This document shows, one piece after another, positions 6,386 to 16,693 of a stretch of 37,472 nt of DNA. The stretch spans positions 1 through 37,472 of the forward strand of contig JAZGDW010000068.1 in assembly GCA_036478295.1 (NCBI GenBank). The letters are read 5' to 3'. The notes beneath the pieces are model-generated. The model had not been told where the DNA came from. It saw only the letters and a list, made by a program, of their open reading frames with translations, and ran no database searches. The position numbers and the translations under genes were made by a program. This DNA comes from Candidatus Krumholzibacteriia bacterium. GTDB taxonomy: Bacteria > Krumholzibacteriota > Krumholzibacteriia > WVZY01. The number at the start of each line of letters is the position of its first letter. Positions within the stretch are counted from its first letter, which is position 1.

Positions 6386-9300
6386 ATGAAAAAAGGCATT
6401 CTGAGCAGATTTATAAAGCCGAAGTCCGAAAGGGATTTCAATCAGCACCGGGAAACCGTTGAGGAGATCAACCGGCATGCCGGGTCTTTCGCCGGGCTGG
6501 CGGAAGCGGATTTTTCGGCCAAGACGGAGGAATTCAAGAAGCGGTTCGCCGACGGGGAGACCCTGGACGAGATCCTGCCGGAGGCTTACGGCCTGGTCAA
6601 AGCCGCCTGCGGTCTGCTGGTGGGGCAGTCGTGGGATGTGTGCGGCATCGAAGTGAAATGGGAGATGGTTCCGTACGACGTGCAGCTGGTCGGCGGTATC
6701 GTGTTGAACCAGGGCGGGATCGCCGAGATGGCAACCGGCGAGGGCAAAACGCTCGTTGCGACGATGCCTCTTTACCTCAAAGCGTTGGCGGGCGAGGGCG
6801 TTCACCTCATAACGGTCAACGATTACCTGGCCCGGCGTGACGCCCAGTGGATGGGGCGCCTGTACGAACTCCTGGGCATGAACGTTGCGTGTATCCAGAA
6901 CGACGATTCCAACCAACAGCGCAAGGACGCCTACCAGGCCGACATCACATACGGCACCAACAACGAATTCGGCTTCGATTATCTGCGCGACAACATGAAG
7001 ACGCGAGCGGAGGACAAAGTCCAACGACGGCACTACTTCGCCATCGTTGACGAGGTGGACAGCGTCTTGATCGACGAGGCCCGCACTCCGCTGATCATCT
7101 CGGGACCGGTGACGGCGAGCCGATCGTCGGAGTTGTTCGCGACGCTTCGTCCCGAAGTGGAACGGGTTGTTTCGCTGCAAGACCGTTTAATCAATGACCT
7201 GCTATCACAAGCCGAGAAGAAGCTCGACAACGAAGACGACCAGGATGAGGTGGGCCGGGCGCTGCTCAAGGTCAGCCGCGGGGATCCCAAGAACACTCGG
7301 TTCCTGAAGCTCAAGAAGGAAAGGGGGATCGAGAGGCTTATCAACCGGGTTGAAGCGGATTTCATGCGTGACAAGAAGCTGCACCTGCTCGATGAAGAGC
7401 TGTACTTCGCAGTCGATGAAAAAGCAAACGCCATCAACCTCACGGACAAGGGGCGCGATGCCCTTGCTCCGCAGGACCGCGACCAGTTCGTGCTGCCGGA
7501 TATGAGCGAGGAGATCATGCGCATCGAGGATGACCCCTCTCGGGACTCGCGCGAGCGGATGAAGGCCAAGGACGAACTCCATCGCCGCTACGCGGAAAAA
7601 TCCGACGCCATCCATAACTTCAACCAGCTTCTGAAGGCGTACACGCTTTTTGAAAAGGACGTGGAGTACGTCGTGCAGGAGGACCGCGTGATCATTGTGG
7701 ACGAGTTCACCGGTCGCCTGATGCCGGGGCGCCGTTTCTCCGACGGACTTCATCAGGCCCTCGAGGCCAAGGAAAAAGTCAAGATAGAGGGTGAAACACA
7801 GACCCTGGCGACGATCACGTTGCAGAATTATTTTCGCATGTACGAGAAACTCGCCGGCATGACCGGAACAGCCGTCACGGAGGCGGCTGAGTTTAACAAG
7901 ATCTATAAATTGGACGTTGCGGAAATTCCGACGAACGAAGCCGTACGCAGACCAGACTACGACGACCGTATCTACCGCACCAAGCGCGAGAAGTACAACG
8001 CCATCGTGGACGAGATCGCGCGCCTGCACGAATCGGACCTCCCGGTCCTGGTCGGCACGGTCACCGTTGAAGTATCCGAGTTGATCAGCCGGTTGCTCAA
8101 ACGTCGGGGAATCCGGCACAGCGTGCTCAACGCCAAGTACCACCAGAAAGAAGCTGAAATCGTGGCCAACGCGGGCCGGGCGGGCGCGGTAACCATCGCC
8201 ACCAACATGGCGGGCCGCGGCACCGATATCAAGCTGGACCCAGCGGTGATGCGCTGCGACGAATGCGGCATTTACTCGGGCAAGACCACCTGGCAGACCC
8301 GGGAGGGGGACACGGTGAATCCGTCCGAGTGCGAGCAAGACGTTCCGTGCGGCCTGCACATCCTCGGCACCGAGCGGCACGAGGCCCGTCGTATCGACCG
8401 CCAGCTGCGCGGGCGTGCCGGCCGCCAGGGCGACCCCGGTGCCTCGTTGTTCTTCCTGTCGCTGGAAGACGACCTGATGAGGCTCTTTGGAGGTTCCGGT
8501 CGCATTTCAAGCCTTATGGACCGGCTCGGTCTCGAGGAGGGCGAGGTCATCACCCACGGGCTGGTGACCAAGGCAATTTCCCGGGCGCAGCAGAAAGTCG
8601 AGAACTACAACTTCGAAATCCGCAAGCGGCTCATCGACTACGACGACGTCATGAACCGGCAGCGCGAGGTAATCTATGCGCGCCGGGACGAGATCATCCT
8701 GGCGGATGATTTAAAGAGCATTATCAAGGAAATGATAAAAGACGTTGTACAGGATAAAGTTGCAGAGCATATTAATCCGTCGGACCACCCCGAGGATTGG
8801 CCGGTTTCGGACCTGCTGGCCGATCTGGAGTCGAGCTTCATGCACGGGTTTCCGGAAATGGACGTTGACGTCTCCAAGCTCCGCGAGGAAGACGTGATCG
8901 ATTACGCCCGGGAGCGGGCCTTCGAGGCGCTCGAGGCACGCGAGCGGTTTCTCGCCGAGGAGCTGGGCAGCGACGACGTCGTGCGGGAATTCGAGAAATA
9001 CGTGCTTCTCCAGACCATAGACGAACAATGGATGGATCACCTGCACGAGCTGGATTACCTCAAGGAAGGTATCCATTTCCGCGCCTACGCCCAGAAGGAC
9101 CCCCTGGTCGAGTACAAGAAGGAGGCGTTCGAACTCTTCTCGGAACTCAACGCGACGATCGACAGCAACGCCCTGCATGCGTTTTTCCACGCCAGAATCG
9201 CCGCGCGGGAAAGGAGCCGCCACGACCTGTCCTCCGCCCGGGCCATTCATGGCGAATCCGATGTTTACGCCATGCAGCGGAGCAGTATGGCGGCCTCTCC

Positions 9301-9433
9301 GGCCACGGAGCAGGCCCTCAAACAGCCGGCGCCGACCCGGCCGGTCACCCGCGACGGAAGCAAGGTCGGGCGCAACGACCCCTGCCCCTGTGGCAGCGGC
9401 AAGAAATACAAGAAATGCCATGGCGCAGCCTGA
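6386..9433 (+). CDS. secA: Preprotein translocase ATPase SecA
   Basis: [54 protein letters not shown] and the C-terminal SEC-C motif [14 protein letters not shown]. Confidence 0.99.
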   Translation: MKKGILSRFIKPKSERDFNQHRETVEEINRHAGSFAGLAEADFSAKTEEFKKRFADGETLDEILPEAYGLVKAACGLLVGQSWDVCGIEVKWEMVPYDVQLVGGIVLNQGGIAEMATGEGKTLVATMPLYLKALAGEGVHLITVNDYLARRDAQWMGRLYELLGMNVACIQNDDSNQQRKDAYQADITYGTNNEFGFDYLRDNMKTRAEDKVQRRHYFAIVDEVDSVLIDEARTPLIISGPVTASRSSELFATLRPEVERVVSLQDRLINDLLSQAEKKLDNEDDQDEVGRALLKVSRGDPKNTRFLKLKKERGIERLINRVEADFMRDKKLHLLDEELYFAVDEKANAINLTDKGRDALAPQDRDQFVLPDMSEEIMRIEDDPSRDSRERMKAKDELHRRYAEKSDAIHNFNQLLKAYTLFEKDVEYVVQEDRVIIVDEFTGRLMPGRRFSDGLHQALEAKEKVKIEGETQTLATITLQNYFRMYEKLAGMTGTAVTEAAEFNKIYKLDVAEIPTNEAVRRPDYDDRIYRTKREKYNAIVDEIARLHESDLPVLVGTVTVEVSELISRLLKRRGIRHSVLNAKYHQKEAEIVANAGRAGAVTIATNMAGRGTDIKLDPAVMRCDECGIYSGKTTWQTREGDTVNPSECEQDVPCGLHILGTERHEARRIDRQLRGRAGRQGDPGASLFFLSLEDDLMRLFGGSGRISSLMDRLGLEEGEVITHGLVTKAISRAQQKVENYNFEIRKRLIDYDDVMNRQREVIYARRDEIILADDLKSIIKEMIKDVVQDKVAEHINPSDHPEDWPVSDLLADLESSFMHGFPEMDVDVSKLREEDVIDYARERAFEALEARERFLAEELGSDDVVREFEKYVLLQTIDEQWMDHLHELDYLKEGIHFRAYAQKDPLVEYKKEAFELFSELNATIDSNALHAFFHARIAARERSRHDLSSARAIHGESDVYAMQRSSMAASPATEQALKQPAPTRPVTRDGSKVGRNDPCPCGSGKKYKKCHGAA

Positions 9434-9579
9434 TTTACCGGTCCCGCCGTGCACTTTGACCGTTCCGTCGCCCCGAAAATAGTAATTGCATGGTTCTGGC
9501 GGGTGGCGTTATGTTTCATTGCCGTATCGCGCTAGCACGCAATTTGCAGGGTGGCCCGTACGGTCAGGGGGAGGCGACT

Positions 9580-10035
9580 ATGGTAAATCGACTGATGGAC
9601 CTCGTGGTGCTGGTCGCAGAATTCAGCCAGCAGAGCGGTAAGTCCTTGAAAGACTTAGACAAAGAGCTCGGGCACCTCGGATACACTACGGAGGAGATCC
9701 AGGAGGCTCTGTTCTGGATCACGTCGCAGTGGCGGCCGATCGAGCGAGACGGGAAGGCCGCAAACGACCGGCCTGTCTTCAGGGTGCTGTCCCCGTGGGA
9801 AGCCAGCGGGATCGCAAGTGACGCACACGGCTATTTGCTCCGGCTGCAGAATCTGGGTCTGGTGGATGAGTTGCAGTTCGAGCGCATCATGAAGCGGATC
9901 ACGCCGGACGCCGGCGGGAAACTCCAGGTGCAGGACATCAAGGTACTGGCCGGTCGGGTGATGTTCAACGATGACTCCGACAGGTTCGAGGAAATGTTGT
10001 TTCAGGTGCTCGACGACGAGATGCTTATGGTATAG
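9580..10035 (+). CDS. smg: DUF494/Smg family protein
   Basis: ATG 9580 follows SD GGAGG. LGHLGYTTEEIQEALFW and FRVLSPWE...HGYLLRLQNLGL...QFERIM are typical of DUF494, and it sits in the usual position upstream of topA. Confidence 0.8.
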   Translation: MVNRLMDLVVLVAEFSQQSGKSLKDLDKELGHLGYTTEEIQEALFWITSQWRPIERDGKAANDRPVFRVLSPWEASGIASDAHGYLLRLQNLGLVDELQFERIMKRITPDAGGKLQVQDIKVLAGRVMFNDDSDRFEEMLFQVLDDEMLMV

Positions 10036-10170
10036 GGAAGAGGCCACGGACAAGTCGAAGCGGCAGCGGCCCTGGGGCGGCGCCGCGCATGGCGATGGAG
10101 GTGGGGTGGCAACCGCCGCAACCTGGATCGCCATTGGTCATTAGGCGCAAATCCTTTGGATAGGGCAGAT

Positions 10171-12384
10171 ATGAGTAAACGATCGCTGGTTATTGTGGAA
10201 TCGCCCGCCAAGGCGAACACGATCAAGAAGTTCCTGGGCAGGAACTACAAGGTTGTTGCGTCGATCGGCCACGTCATGGACCTTCCGAAGAACGAACTGG
10301 GGGTCGATGTCGATAACGGTTTTTCACCGAAGTACGTCGTGTCCAAGGGCAAGCAGAAGGTATTGAGCCAGATCAAGAAGGACGCCAAGGAATCGGATGT
10401 CGTCCTCCTGGCGCTCGATATGGACCGTGAGGGCGAGGCGATCGCGTGGCACCTGCAGCAGGTGCTGGCCAAGTCCAAAACCAAAGTTCCCATCAAGCGC
10501 ATCGTCTTCAACGAGATCACGAAATCGGCGATCAAGGAAGCCGTGGCCAGCCCCGGTGAGGTAGACCAGCGAAAGGTCGACGCGCAACAGGCACGCCGCA
10601 TTCTCGACCGTATCGTCGGTTACCAGATCAGTCCGGTGTTGTGGCAGATTTTCTACTACGGACTCAGCGCCGGCCGCGTACAAACGGTGGGGCTGCGCCT
10701 GGTGTGCGAGCGGCAGACCGAGATCGATGCCTTCACGGCGGTGGAATACTGGACGGTCGAGTCGGTCCTGCTTACGGCAGACGGTGACGAGGTGCCCGCG
10801 AGGCTCACCCACAAGGGTGGAGAGAAAATCGATCTGAAGAGCAAAGCGGACGTCGATCCGGTTCTCGCCCAACTCAAGAAGAGCGCCTTCGAAGTCGCAG
10901 ACGTGGTCAACAAGGAGAAGAAGCGCAATCCGCAGGCCCCCTTTATCACCAGCACGCTGCAGCGAGACGCCGCCAGGCGTCTTCGCTTTTCGCCCAAGAA
11001 GATCATGATGCTCGCCCAACAGCTCTACGAAGGCATCGATTTGGGCAAGGACGAACGGGTCGGCCTCATCACGTATATGCGGACCGACTCGGTACGCATA
11101 TCGCCGCAGGCGGCCGAGAACACCGGTCGCTACATCAAATCGGAGTTCGGCGACGACTACGTGCCGGAGAAACCACATGTTTACAAACAGAAGAAGGGCT
11201 CACAGGATGCGCACGAGGCGGTCCGCCCGACCGAGGTGCTGCGAACGCCGGACTCGGTTGGCAAGCACCTGAGCAAGGATCAGAGGGCGCTGTACCGGCT
11301 GATCTGGCAGCGCTTCGTCGCGTCGCAGATGGCGAGTGCCCGCTACGACACCACCGAGGTGACGGTCGAGGCGGATGGCTACACGCTCAAAGCGAACGGT
11401 CGCGTGATGACGTTTCGTGGGTTCCTCTCCGTATACGATGAAAATGCATCGGACAAGGAAACCGAGCTGCCCGCAATGAAAGTGGGGGACAAGCTCAAGT
11501 TAAAGAGCATCGACGGCACGCAGCATTTCACGGAGCCGCCACCGAACTACAGCGAGGCGACACTCATCAAAGAGCTCGAGGACAAAGGTATCGGGCGCCC
11601 CAGCACCTACGCGAGCATCGTCTCGATCATCCAGGACCGCGAATACGTGGTCAAGGAAGAGGGCAAACTACGGCCGACGACCCTGGGGCAGCAGGTGTGG
11701 CTCACGCTGGAGGGTTTTTTCCCCGAGTTGTTCGACACGTCTTTTACGGCGTTGATGGAGGACGAGCTCGACAAGATCGAAGGCGGCGAGGATTCGTGGC
11801 AGAAAGTGGTCAAGGATTTTTACGTGCCTTTCAAGGAGGCGCTGGATAACATCGACGAGAAGAAGGACAGGATCAAGAGCGAGCTGCAGGAAGAGACCGA
11901 TCTGACCTGCGAGAAATGTGGCAGCAAGCTAATCAAAAAGTGGGGGCGTAACGGACAGTTCCTTGCCTGTCCCGCGTACCCCGAATGCAAGTTCTCACGT
12001 CCACTCGAGGGAGAAGAGCAGTCGATCCACCTCGACCGGAAGTGTCCGAAGTGCGGCGGGGACCTCATAGCAAAGGTAGGGCGCTACGGGCGCTTCGCCG
12101 CGTGCGACAAGTATCCAGACTGCAAGCATACGGAAGCGTTTCCAATCGGCATGAACTGTCCGCTCAAGGAATGTGACGGCGACGTGGTGGAAAAGGTCAC
12201 GCGGCGGGGCAAGCGCTTCTACGGCTGCAACAAATACCCCGATTGCACCTTCGCCGCCTGGGACAAGCCCATTGCAGAAGTATGCCCGGCGTGCGACAAT
12301 CCCTATATGCTCCAGAAAACGTCGCAGAAAAGGGGTACATACTGGAAGTGCCCCGAGTGTAAAGAAGAAATCTCTCTCGCTTAA
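10171..12384 (+). CDS. topA: DNA topoisomerase I (type IA) with C-terminal zinc ribbons
   Basis: LVIVESPAKA, DMDREGEAIAWH, SAGRVQ, LITYMRTDS (catalytic Tyr), GIGRPSTYA and four CxxC-type ribbons. Confidence 0.99.
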   Translation: MSKRSLVIVESPAKANTIKKFLGRNYKVVASIGHVMDLPKNELGVDVDNGFSPKYVVSKGKQKVLSQIKKDAKESDVVLLALDMDREGEAIAWHLQQVLAKSKTKVPIKRIVFNEITKSAIKEAVASPGEVDQRKVDAQQARRILDRIVGYQISPVLWQIFYYGLSAGRVQTVGLRLVCERQTEIDAFTAVEYWTVESVLLTADGDEVPARLTHKGGEKIDLKSKADVDPVLAQLKKSAFEVADVVNKEKKRNPQAPFITSTLQRDAARRLRFSPKKIMMLAQQLYEGIDLGKDERVGLITYMRTDSVRISPQAAENTGRYIKSEFGDDYVPEKPHVYKQKKGSQDAHEAVRPTEVLRTPDSVGKHLSKDQRALYRLIWQRFVASQMASARYDTTEVTVEADGYTLKANGRVMTFRGFLSVYDENASDKETELPAMKVGDKLKLKSIDGTQHFTEPPPNYSEATLIKELEDKGIGRPSTYASIVSIIQDREYVVKEEGKLRPTTLGQQVWLTLEGFFPELFDTSFTALMEDELDKIEGGEDSWQKVVKDFYVPFKEALDNIDEKKDRIKSELQEETDLTCEKCGSKLIKKWGRNGQFLACPAYPECKFSRPLEGEEQSIHLDRKCPKCGGDLIAKVGRYGRFAACDKYPDCKHTEAFPIGMNCPLKECDGDVVEKVTRRGKRFYGCNKYPDCTFAAWDKPIAEVCPACDNPYMLQKTSQKRGTYWKCPECKEEISLA

Positions 12385-12387
12385 TTC

Positions 12388-13725
12388 ATGAAAAGCGTCC
12401 ACGTCATCGGAGGAGGCCTCGCGGGCAGCGAGGCCGCCTGGCAGCTTGCCGTACGCGGTGTCCCGGTACGGCTGGTCGAGATGCGCCCGCATACGACCAC
12501 GGGCGCCCATCGTTCAGAGCACCTCGCCGAAATCGTCTGTACGAATTCCTTCAAGTCGACCCGCCTGGACAACGCCTCGGGACTTTTGAAGGCGGAGCTC
12601 GGTATCCTGCAGTGCCGCCTGCTGGAGGTGGCCGACTACGCCCGCGTGCCCGCCGGACACGCGCTGGCCGTCGACCGTGACCTCTTTGCACGGTCGGTGA
12701 CCGAGGCAATCGAGGGTCACGAGAACATTACCGTGCAGCGGAAACGCCAGGACGACCTCGACCTGCCCCTGCCGGCCATCGTGGCGACGGGGCCGCTTAC
12801 GGCGAAGAAGCTGTCGGGGGCGCTGCGCGAGCATTGTTCGAGCGACCACCTCTATTTTTACGACGCCATCGCGCCGTCCGTCGATGCGGAGAGCATCGAT
12901 GAAGGTGTGGGCTACTGGGCGAGCCGCTATGGCAAAGGCGAGGCGGACTATTTCAACATTCCACTGACCCGTGAAGAGTACGTCGCGTTCGTCGCCCGCG
13001 TGCGAGAGGCCGAAGTGGTCAAACCGCACACCTTCGAAGACCAGAAGTACTTCGAATCTTGCCTGCCCATAGAAGTAATGGCCGAACGAGGCGAGGACAC
13101 GATGCGTTTCGGACCGCTCAAACCGAAGGGCCTCCCGGATCCGCGCAGCGGGCGGGAGCCGTACGCGGTCATCCAGCTGCGGCAGGAGAGTCGCAGCGGT
13201 ACGCTGCTTGGGCTGGTGGGATTTCAAACCCGCATGACTTATCCCGCCCAGCGGGAGGTCCTACGCTCGATCCCCGGTCTCGACCGGACGAGCATCCTTC
13301 GCTACGGCTCGATTCACCGCAATATCTTTCTCGACATCCCGACCCTCTGTGAGCCTTACCAGCACGACCGTGCCGTACCCGGCCTCTACTACGCGGGCCA
13401 GATCTGCGGCGTCGAGGGCTACGTGGAGTGCATCATGAGTGGTCTCGTCGCCGCCCTTTCGGTCTACTCGCGGATGATGGGGCGCGATATGCCCGTGTTA
13501 CCGGGCCGAACCATGATTGGTTCGCTCATGAACCATATCCACACACCGTCCCGCAACTTTCAGCCGATGAACGCCAACATGGGGATCATACCCCGGGTAG
13601 AGCGGGCGCGGGGCTCACGCCAGGAGCGTTACCTGCGGATAGCCGGGCACGCTCGCGACGCCATGGCCGCTTACCGGAGCGAGCACTCGTGGCTGTTCGA
13701 AGCGACGGCCGCCAGGTCCGCATGA
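12388..13725 (+). CDS. trmFO: Folate/FAD-dependent tRNA (uracil-54-C5) methyltransferase TrmFO
   Basis: VIGGGLAGSEAAWQLA, EIVCTNSF, YFYDAIAP, FESCLPIE, AGQICGVEGYVE and FQPMNANMG. Confidence 0.97.
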   Translation: MKSVHVIGGGLAGSEAAWQLAVRGVPVRLVEMRPHTTTGAHRSEHLAEIVCTNSFKSTRLDNASGLLKAELGILQCRLLEVADYARVPAGHALAVDRDLFARSVTEAIEGHENITVQRKRQDDLDLPLPAIVATGPLTAKKLSGALREHCSSDHLYFYDAIAPSVDAESIDEGVGYWASRYGKGEADYFNIPLTREEYVAFVARVREAEVVKPHTFEDQKYFESCLPIEVMAERGEDTMRFGPLKPKGLPDPRSGREPYAVIQLRQESRSGTLLGLVGFQTRMTYPAQREVLRSIPGLDRTSILRYGSIHRNIFLDIPTLCEPYQHDRAVPGLYYAGQICGVEGYVECIMSGLVAALSVYSRMMGRDMPVLPGRTMIGSLMNHIHTPSRNFQPMNANMGIIPRVERARGSRQERYLRIAGHARDAMAAYRSEHSWLFEATAARSA

Positions 13726-13775
13726 TTCCTCCGACGCTGACCGCCTTCCTCACCGTACCGCGCAGATTTTGCTTT

Positions 13776-13797
13776 AACCGCTTCGGCGGTTTTCATT
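13776..13797 (+). terminator. Short intrinsic terminator-like hairpin after trmFO
   Basis: AACCGC-TTCG-GCGGTT, a cUUCGg tetraloop, running into TTCATT. Confidence 0.45.
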
Positions 13798-13834
13798 ATA
13801 TTTAACAGGATCCCTGAAAGCGGGCGGCCCTCCA

Positions 13835-14752
13835 ATGACCATCGATCGCGCCATCGAAAAATTCGAGGCTTTCTTGCGGGTGGAACGCGGATTGGCCGCG
13901 AACACCTTGCAGGCCTACGGGACGGACCTCGCCCAGTTTGCCGAGTTCGCTGACCGCAAGGGAAAGGTCCGGGCGGCCGGTGACATCACCCTGCGCGACG
14001 TACGCGCGTTTCTTCGCGAGCAGGTCGGTGCGGGGCTGGCCGCGTCGACGGTCATGCGCAAGATGTCGGCGCTGCGCTCGTTCTTCGGCTGGCTGACGCG
14101 CCGGGGTCACGTGAGGGTGGATCCGACCCTGCATCTGGCACGGCCGCGAAAGCGGCACTCGCTCCCTTTCATCGTCGGCGAAGACCGCATCGCAGAGATG
14201 ATGGAGTTGCCCGATACGTCGACGCTCAAGGGGTGCCGGGACCGCGTCATTCTCGAGTTTCTCTACGGCACGGGTGTGCGCTTGAGTGAGATGACAGGAT
14301 TGGACGTGCGCGATTTCCTCCAGGGTGGAGAAACGCTTCGCATCCTCGGTAAGGGCGACAAGGAACGTCTCGTTCCGTGGGGCGGCGAGGCGAAGAAGTG
14401 GTTTCTGCAGTATCAAAAGGTCCGCTTCGGGCTGCCCGGGGTGGCGCGCCTGGCAGCACTGTCCGCGCAAGCGGACCGTGCGGCGTTTTCCGCCCGGGTC
14501 GATAGGCGCATCAGCGTTCGCACCGTGCAGCGGATCGTGGAGAAATACCTGGGGCGCGTATCCATGGGTGCGTCGCTCAGCCCTCACAAGCTGCGCCACG
14601 CATTCGCGACCCACCTGCTCGATCACGGCGCCGATTTGAGGGCCGTGCAGGAACTGCTGGGTCACGAGAGCCTGTCGACGACGCAGAACTATACGCATGT
14701 AACCACGAAGCGGCTGCGCGCAGTGTATCGCAAGGCGCACCCGCGCTCGTGA
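13835..14752 (+). CDS. xerC: Tyrosine recombinase XerC
   Basis: Catalytic R (GVRLSE), K (GKGDKER), HKLRH, LLGH and Y (TTQNY). Lies in the conserved topA-trmFO-xerC-hslVU context. Confidence 0.9.
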   Translation: MTIDRAIEKFEAFLRVERGLAANTLQAYGTDLAQFAEFADRKGKVRAAGDITLRDVRAFLREQVGAGLAASTVMRKMSALRSFFGWLTRRGHVRVDPTLHLARPRKRHSLPFIVGEDRIAEMMELPDTSTLKGCRDRVILEFLYGTGVRLSEMTGLDVRDFLQGGETLRILGKGDKERLVPWGGEAKKWFLQYQKVRFGLPGVARLAALSAQADRAAFSARVDRRISVRTVQRIVEKYLGRVSMGASLSPHKLRHAFATHLLDHGADLRAVQELLGHESLSTTQNYTHVTTKRLRAVYRKAHPRS

Positions 14753-14765
14753 CAGGAGGGTCAGG

Positions 14766-15296
14766 TTGAAAATAACCGGGACAACCATACTCGGCGTTCG
14801 CATTGGAGATCGCGTCGCCATCGGGGGTGACGGCCAGGTGACGATGGGGACGACCATCGTGAAACGAAACGCAACTAAGATTCGCAGGCTCGGTGACGGC
14901 AAGATCCTGGCCGGTTTTGCCGGCAGCACCGCAGATGCGTTGACGTTGTTCGAGCGTTTCGAGGAAAAAATGGAAAAGTTCAGCGCCAACCTGCGGCGCG
15001 CCTCGGTCGAGTTGGCGAAGGAGTGGAGAAGCGACCGCATGCTGAGGCGGCTGGAGGCAATGCTGGCGGTGATGGACAAGGAATCGTCGCTGTTGATATC
15101 GGGCACCGGCGACGTGGTGGAGCCCGAAGACAATATCGTCTCGCTGGGTTCGGGCGGGCCGTACGCGCTGGCGGCCGCGAGGGCGTTCATCAAGGCGGGG
15201 TACGATGACCCGGAGACGATCGTTCGCGAGGCGCTGGAGATCACCGGCGAGATTTGTCTGTATACCAACACTCATATTACAATTGAAACACTATGA
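14766..15296 (+). CDS. hslV: ATP-dependent protease subunit HslV
   Basis: TTG start after GGAGGG. Short propeptide then TTILGV (catalytic Thr), [15 protein letters not shown] and GSGGPYA. Confidence 0.97.
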   Translation: MKITGTTILGVRIGDRVAIGGDGQVTMGTTIVKRNATKIRRLGDGKILAGFAGSTADALTLFERFEEKMEKFSANLRRASVELAKEWRSDRMLRRLEAMLAVMDKESSLLISGTGDVVEPEDNIVSLGSGGPYALAAARAFIKAGYDDPETIVREALEITGEICLYTNTHITIETL

Positions 15297-15330
15297 AGGA
15301 GCGGCTGATGACAACGGGGAGCGGGGTAGC

Positions 15331-16674
15331 ATGTCTCAACTAACGCCCAGGCAGGTCGTGCAGCAACTCGACCGCTACATCATTGGACAGAACGACGCGA
15401 AGAAGGCGGTGGCAATCGCGCTTCGTAATCGCTGGCGCCGGCAGCACGCGGACGAGAAAATGCGCGACGAAATACTGCCCAACAACATTATCATGATCGG
15501 ACCGACCGGTGTCGGCAAGACCGAGATCGCGCGCCGCCTGGCCAAGTTGGTCAAAGCGCCCTTCGTCAAGGTGGAGGCGAGCAACTATACCGAGGTCGGA
15601 TACGTTGGGCGCGACGTGGAGAGTATTATCCGCGACTTGGTCGAGGTATCCATCGCCATGGTCAAATCGGAACACCGCGAGCGCGTCCAGGAAACGGTTG
15701 AAGGCATCCTGGAGGAGCGCCTCATTGATTTACTGATGCCGGATCCCTCCATCCCGCTGGCCGATGACGAGCAGGAGGCGAGGGAGAGGAGGCAGCGCAC
15801 GCGCGAGAAGCTGCGCCGCAAGTTGAGGGACGGCAACCTCGAGGCACGAACGGTCAAGGTCAAGGCGGCGCCGGCCGCGGGCCCCATGATCGAGATTTTC
15901 TCGAGGGGCAGCACCGAGGAGATGGGCATTCAATTTCCCGGAAATGTGAACCCTTTTGGGTCGCAGACCCCAAGGGAAAGAGAACTGACCGTCGGCCAGG
16001 CCCGCGAACAGCTGCGCACGGAGGAAATCGACAAGCTCATCGATATGGAAAAGGTGGTCGCGGAAGCGAAACGCCGCGCGGAAACCAACGGCCTCGTTTT
16101 CGTGGATGAGATCGACAAGATCGCCGGCGGAGGTGGGCCGCATTCCGGGCCGGATGTATCGCGGGAAGGCGTCCAGCGAGACCTGCTGCCCATCGTCGAA
16201 GGGTGTACGATCAACACGCGGCACGGGGTGGTGAAGACCGACCACATACTGTTCGTGGCGGCAGGTGCGTTCAACGTGTCCAAGCCATCGGAGCTCATCC
16301 CGGAATTTCAGGGCCGGTTTCCAATCCGCGTGGAGTTGTCGTCCCTGGGTCCGGACGATTTCGTGCGGATATTGAAAGAACCGGACAACTCACTGATCAA
16401 GCAGTATCAGGCACTCCTCGCCGCGGAAAACTGCGAGCTGGTTTTTAGCGACGATGCCCTGGTCGAAATCGCGCGCGTGGCCGGTCAGGCCAACGAGCGC
16501 GCGGAGAACATCGGCGCGCGCCGCCTGCAGACGGTTCTGGCTACCCTGCTCGAGGCGGTTCTTTTCGCGCTGCCGGAGTCGGGGGACACCCGTGTCGAGT
16601 TCACCGGCGAGCAGGTACGGGAGAGGCTCGACGATATCCTCGCGGACGAGGACTTGACCCGCTACATACTTTAA
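15331..16674 (+). CDS. hslU: ATP-dependent protease ATPase subunit HslU
   Basis: LTPRQVVQQLDRYIIGQ, GPTGVGKTE, EVGYVGRDVE, DEIDKI, GVQRDLLP and ENIGARRL. Confidence 0.98.
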   Translation: MSQLTPRQVVQQLDRYIIGQNDAKKAVAIALRNRWRRQHADEKMRDEILPNNIIMIGPTGVGKTEIARRLAKLVKAPFVKVEASNYTEVGYVGRDVESIIRDLVEVSIAMVKSEHRERVQETVEGILEERLIDLLMPDPSIPLADDEQEARERRQRTREKLRRKLRDGNLEARTVKVKAAPAAGPMIEIFSRGSTEEMGIQFPGNVNPFGSQTPRERELTVGQAREQLRTEEIDKLIDMEKVVAEAKRRAETNGLVFVDEIDKIAGGGGPHSGPDVSREGVQRDLLPIVEGCTINTRHGVVKTDHILFVAAGAFNVSKPSELIPEFQGRFPIRVELSSLGPDDFVRILKEPDNSLIKQYQALLAAENCELVFSDDALVEIARVAGQANERAENIGARRLQTVLATLLEAVLFALPESGDTRVEFTGEQVRERLDDILADEDLTRYIL

Positions 16675-16693
16675 CCGGGGAAGAGGCAAATCC

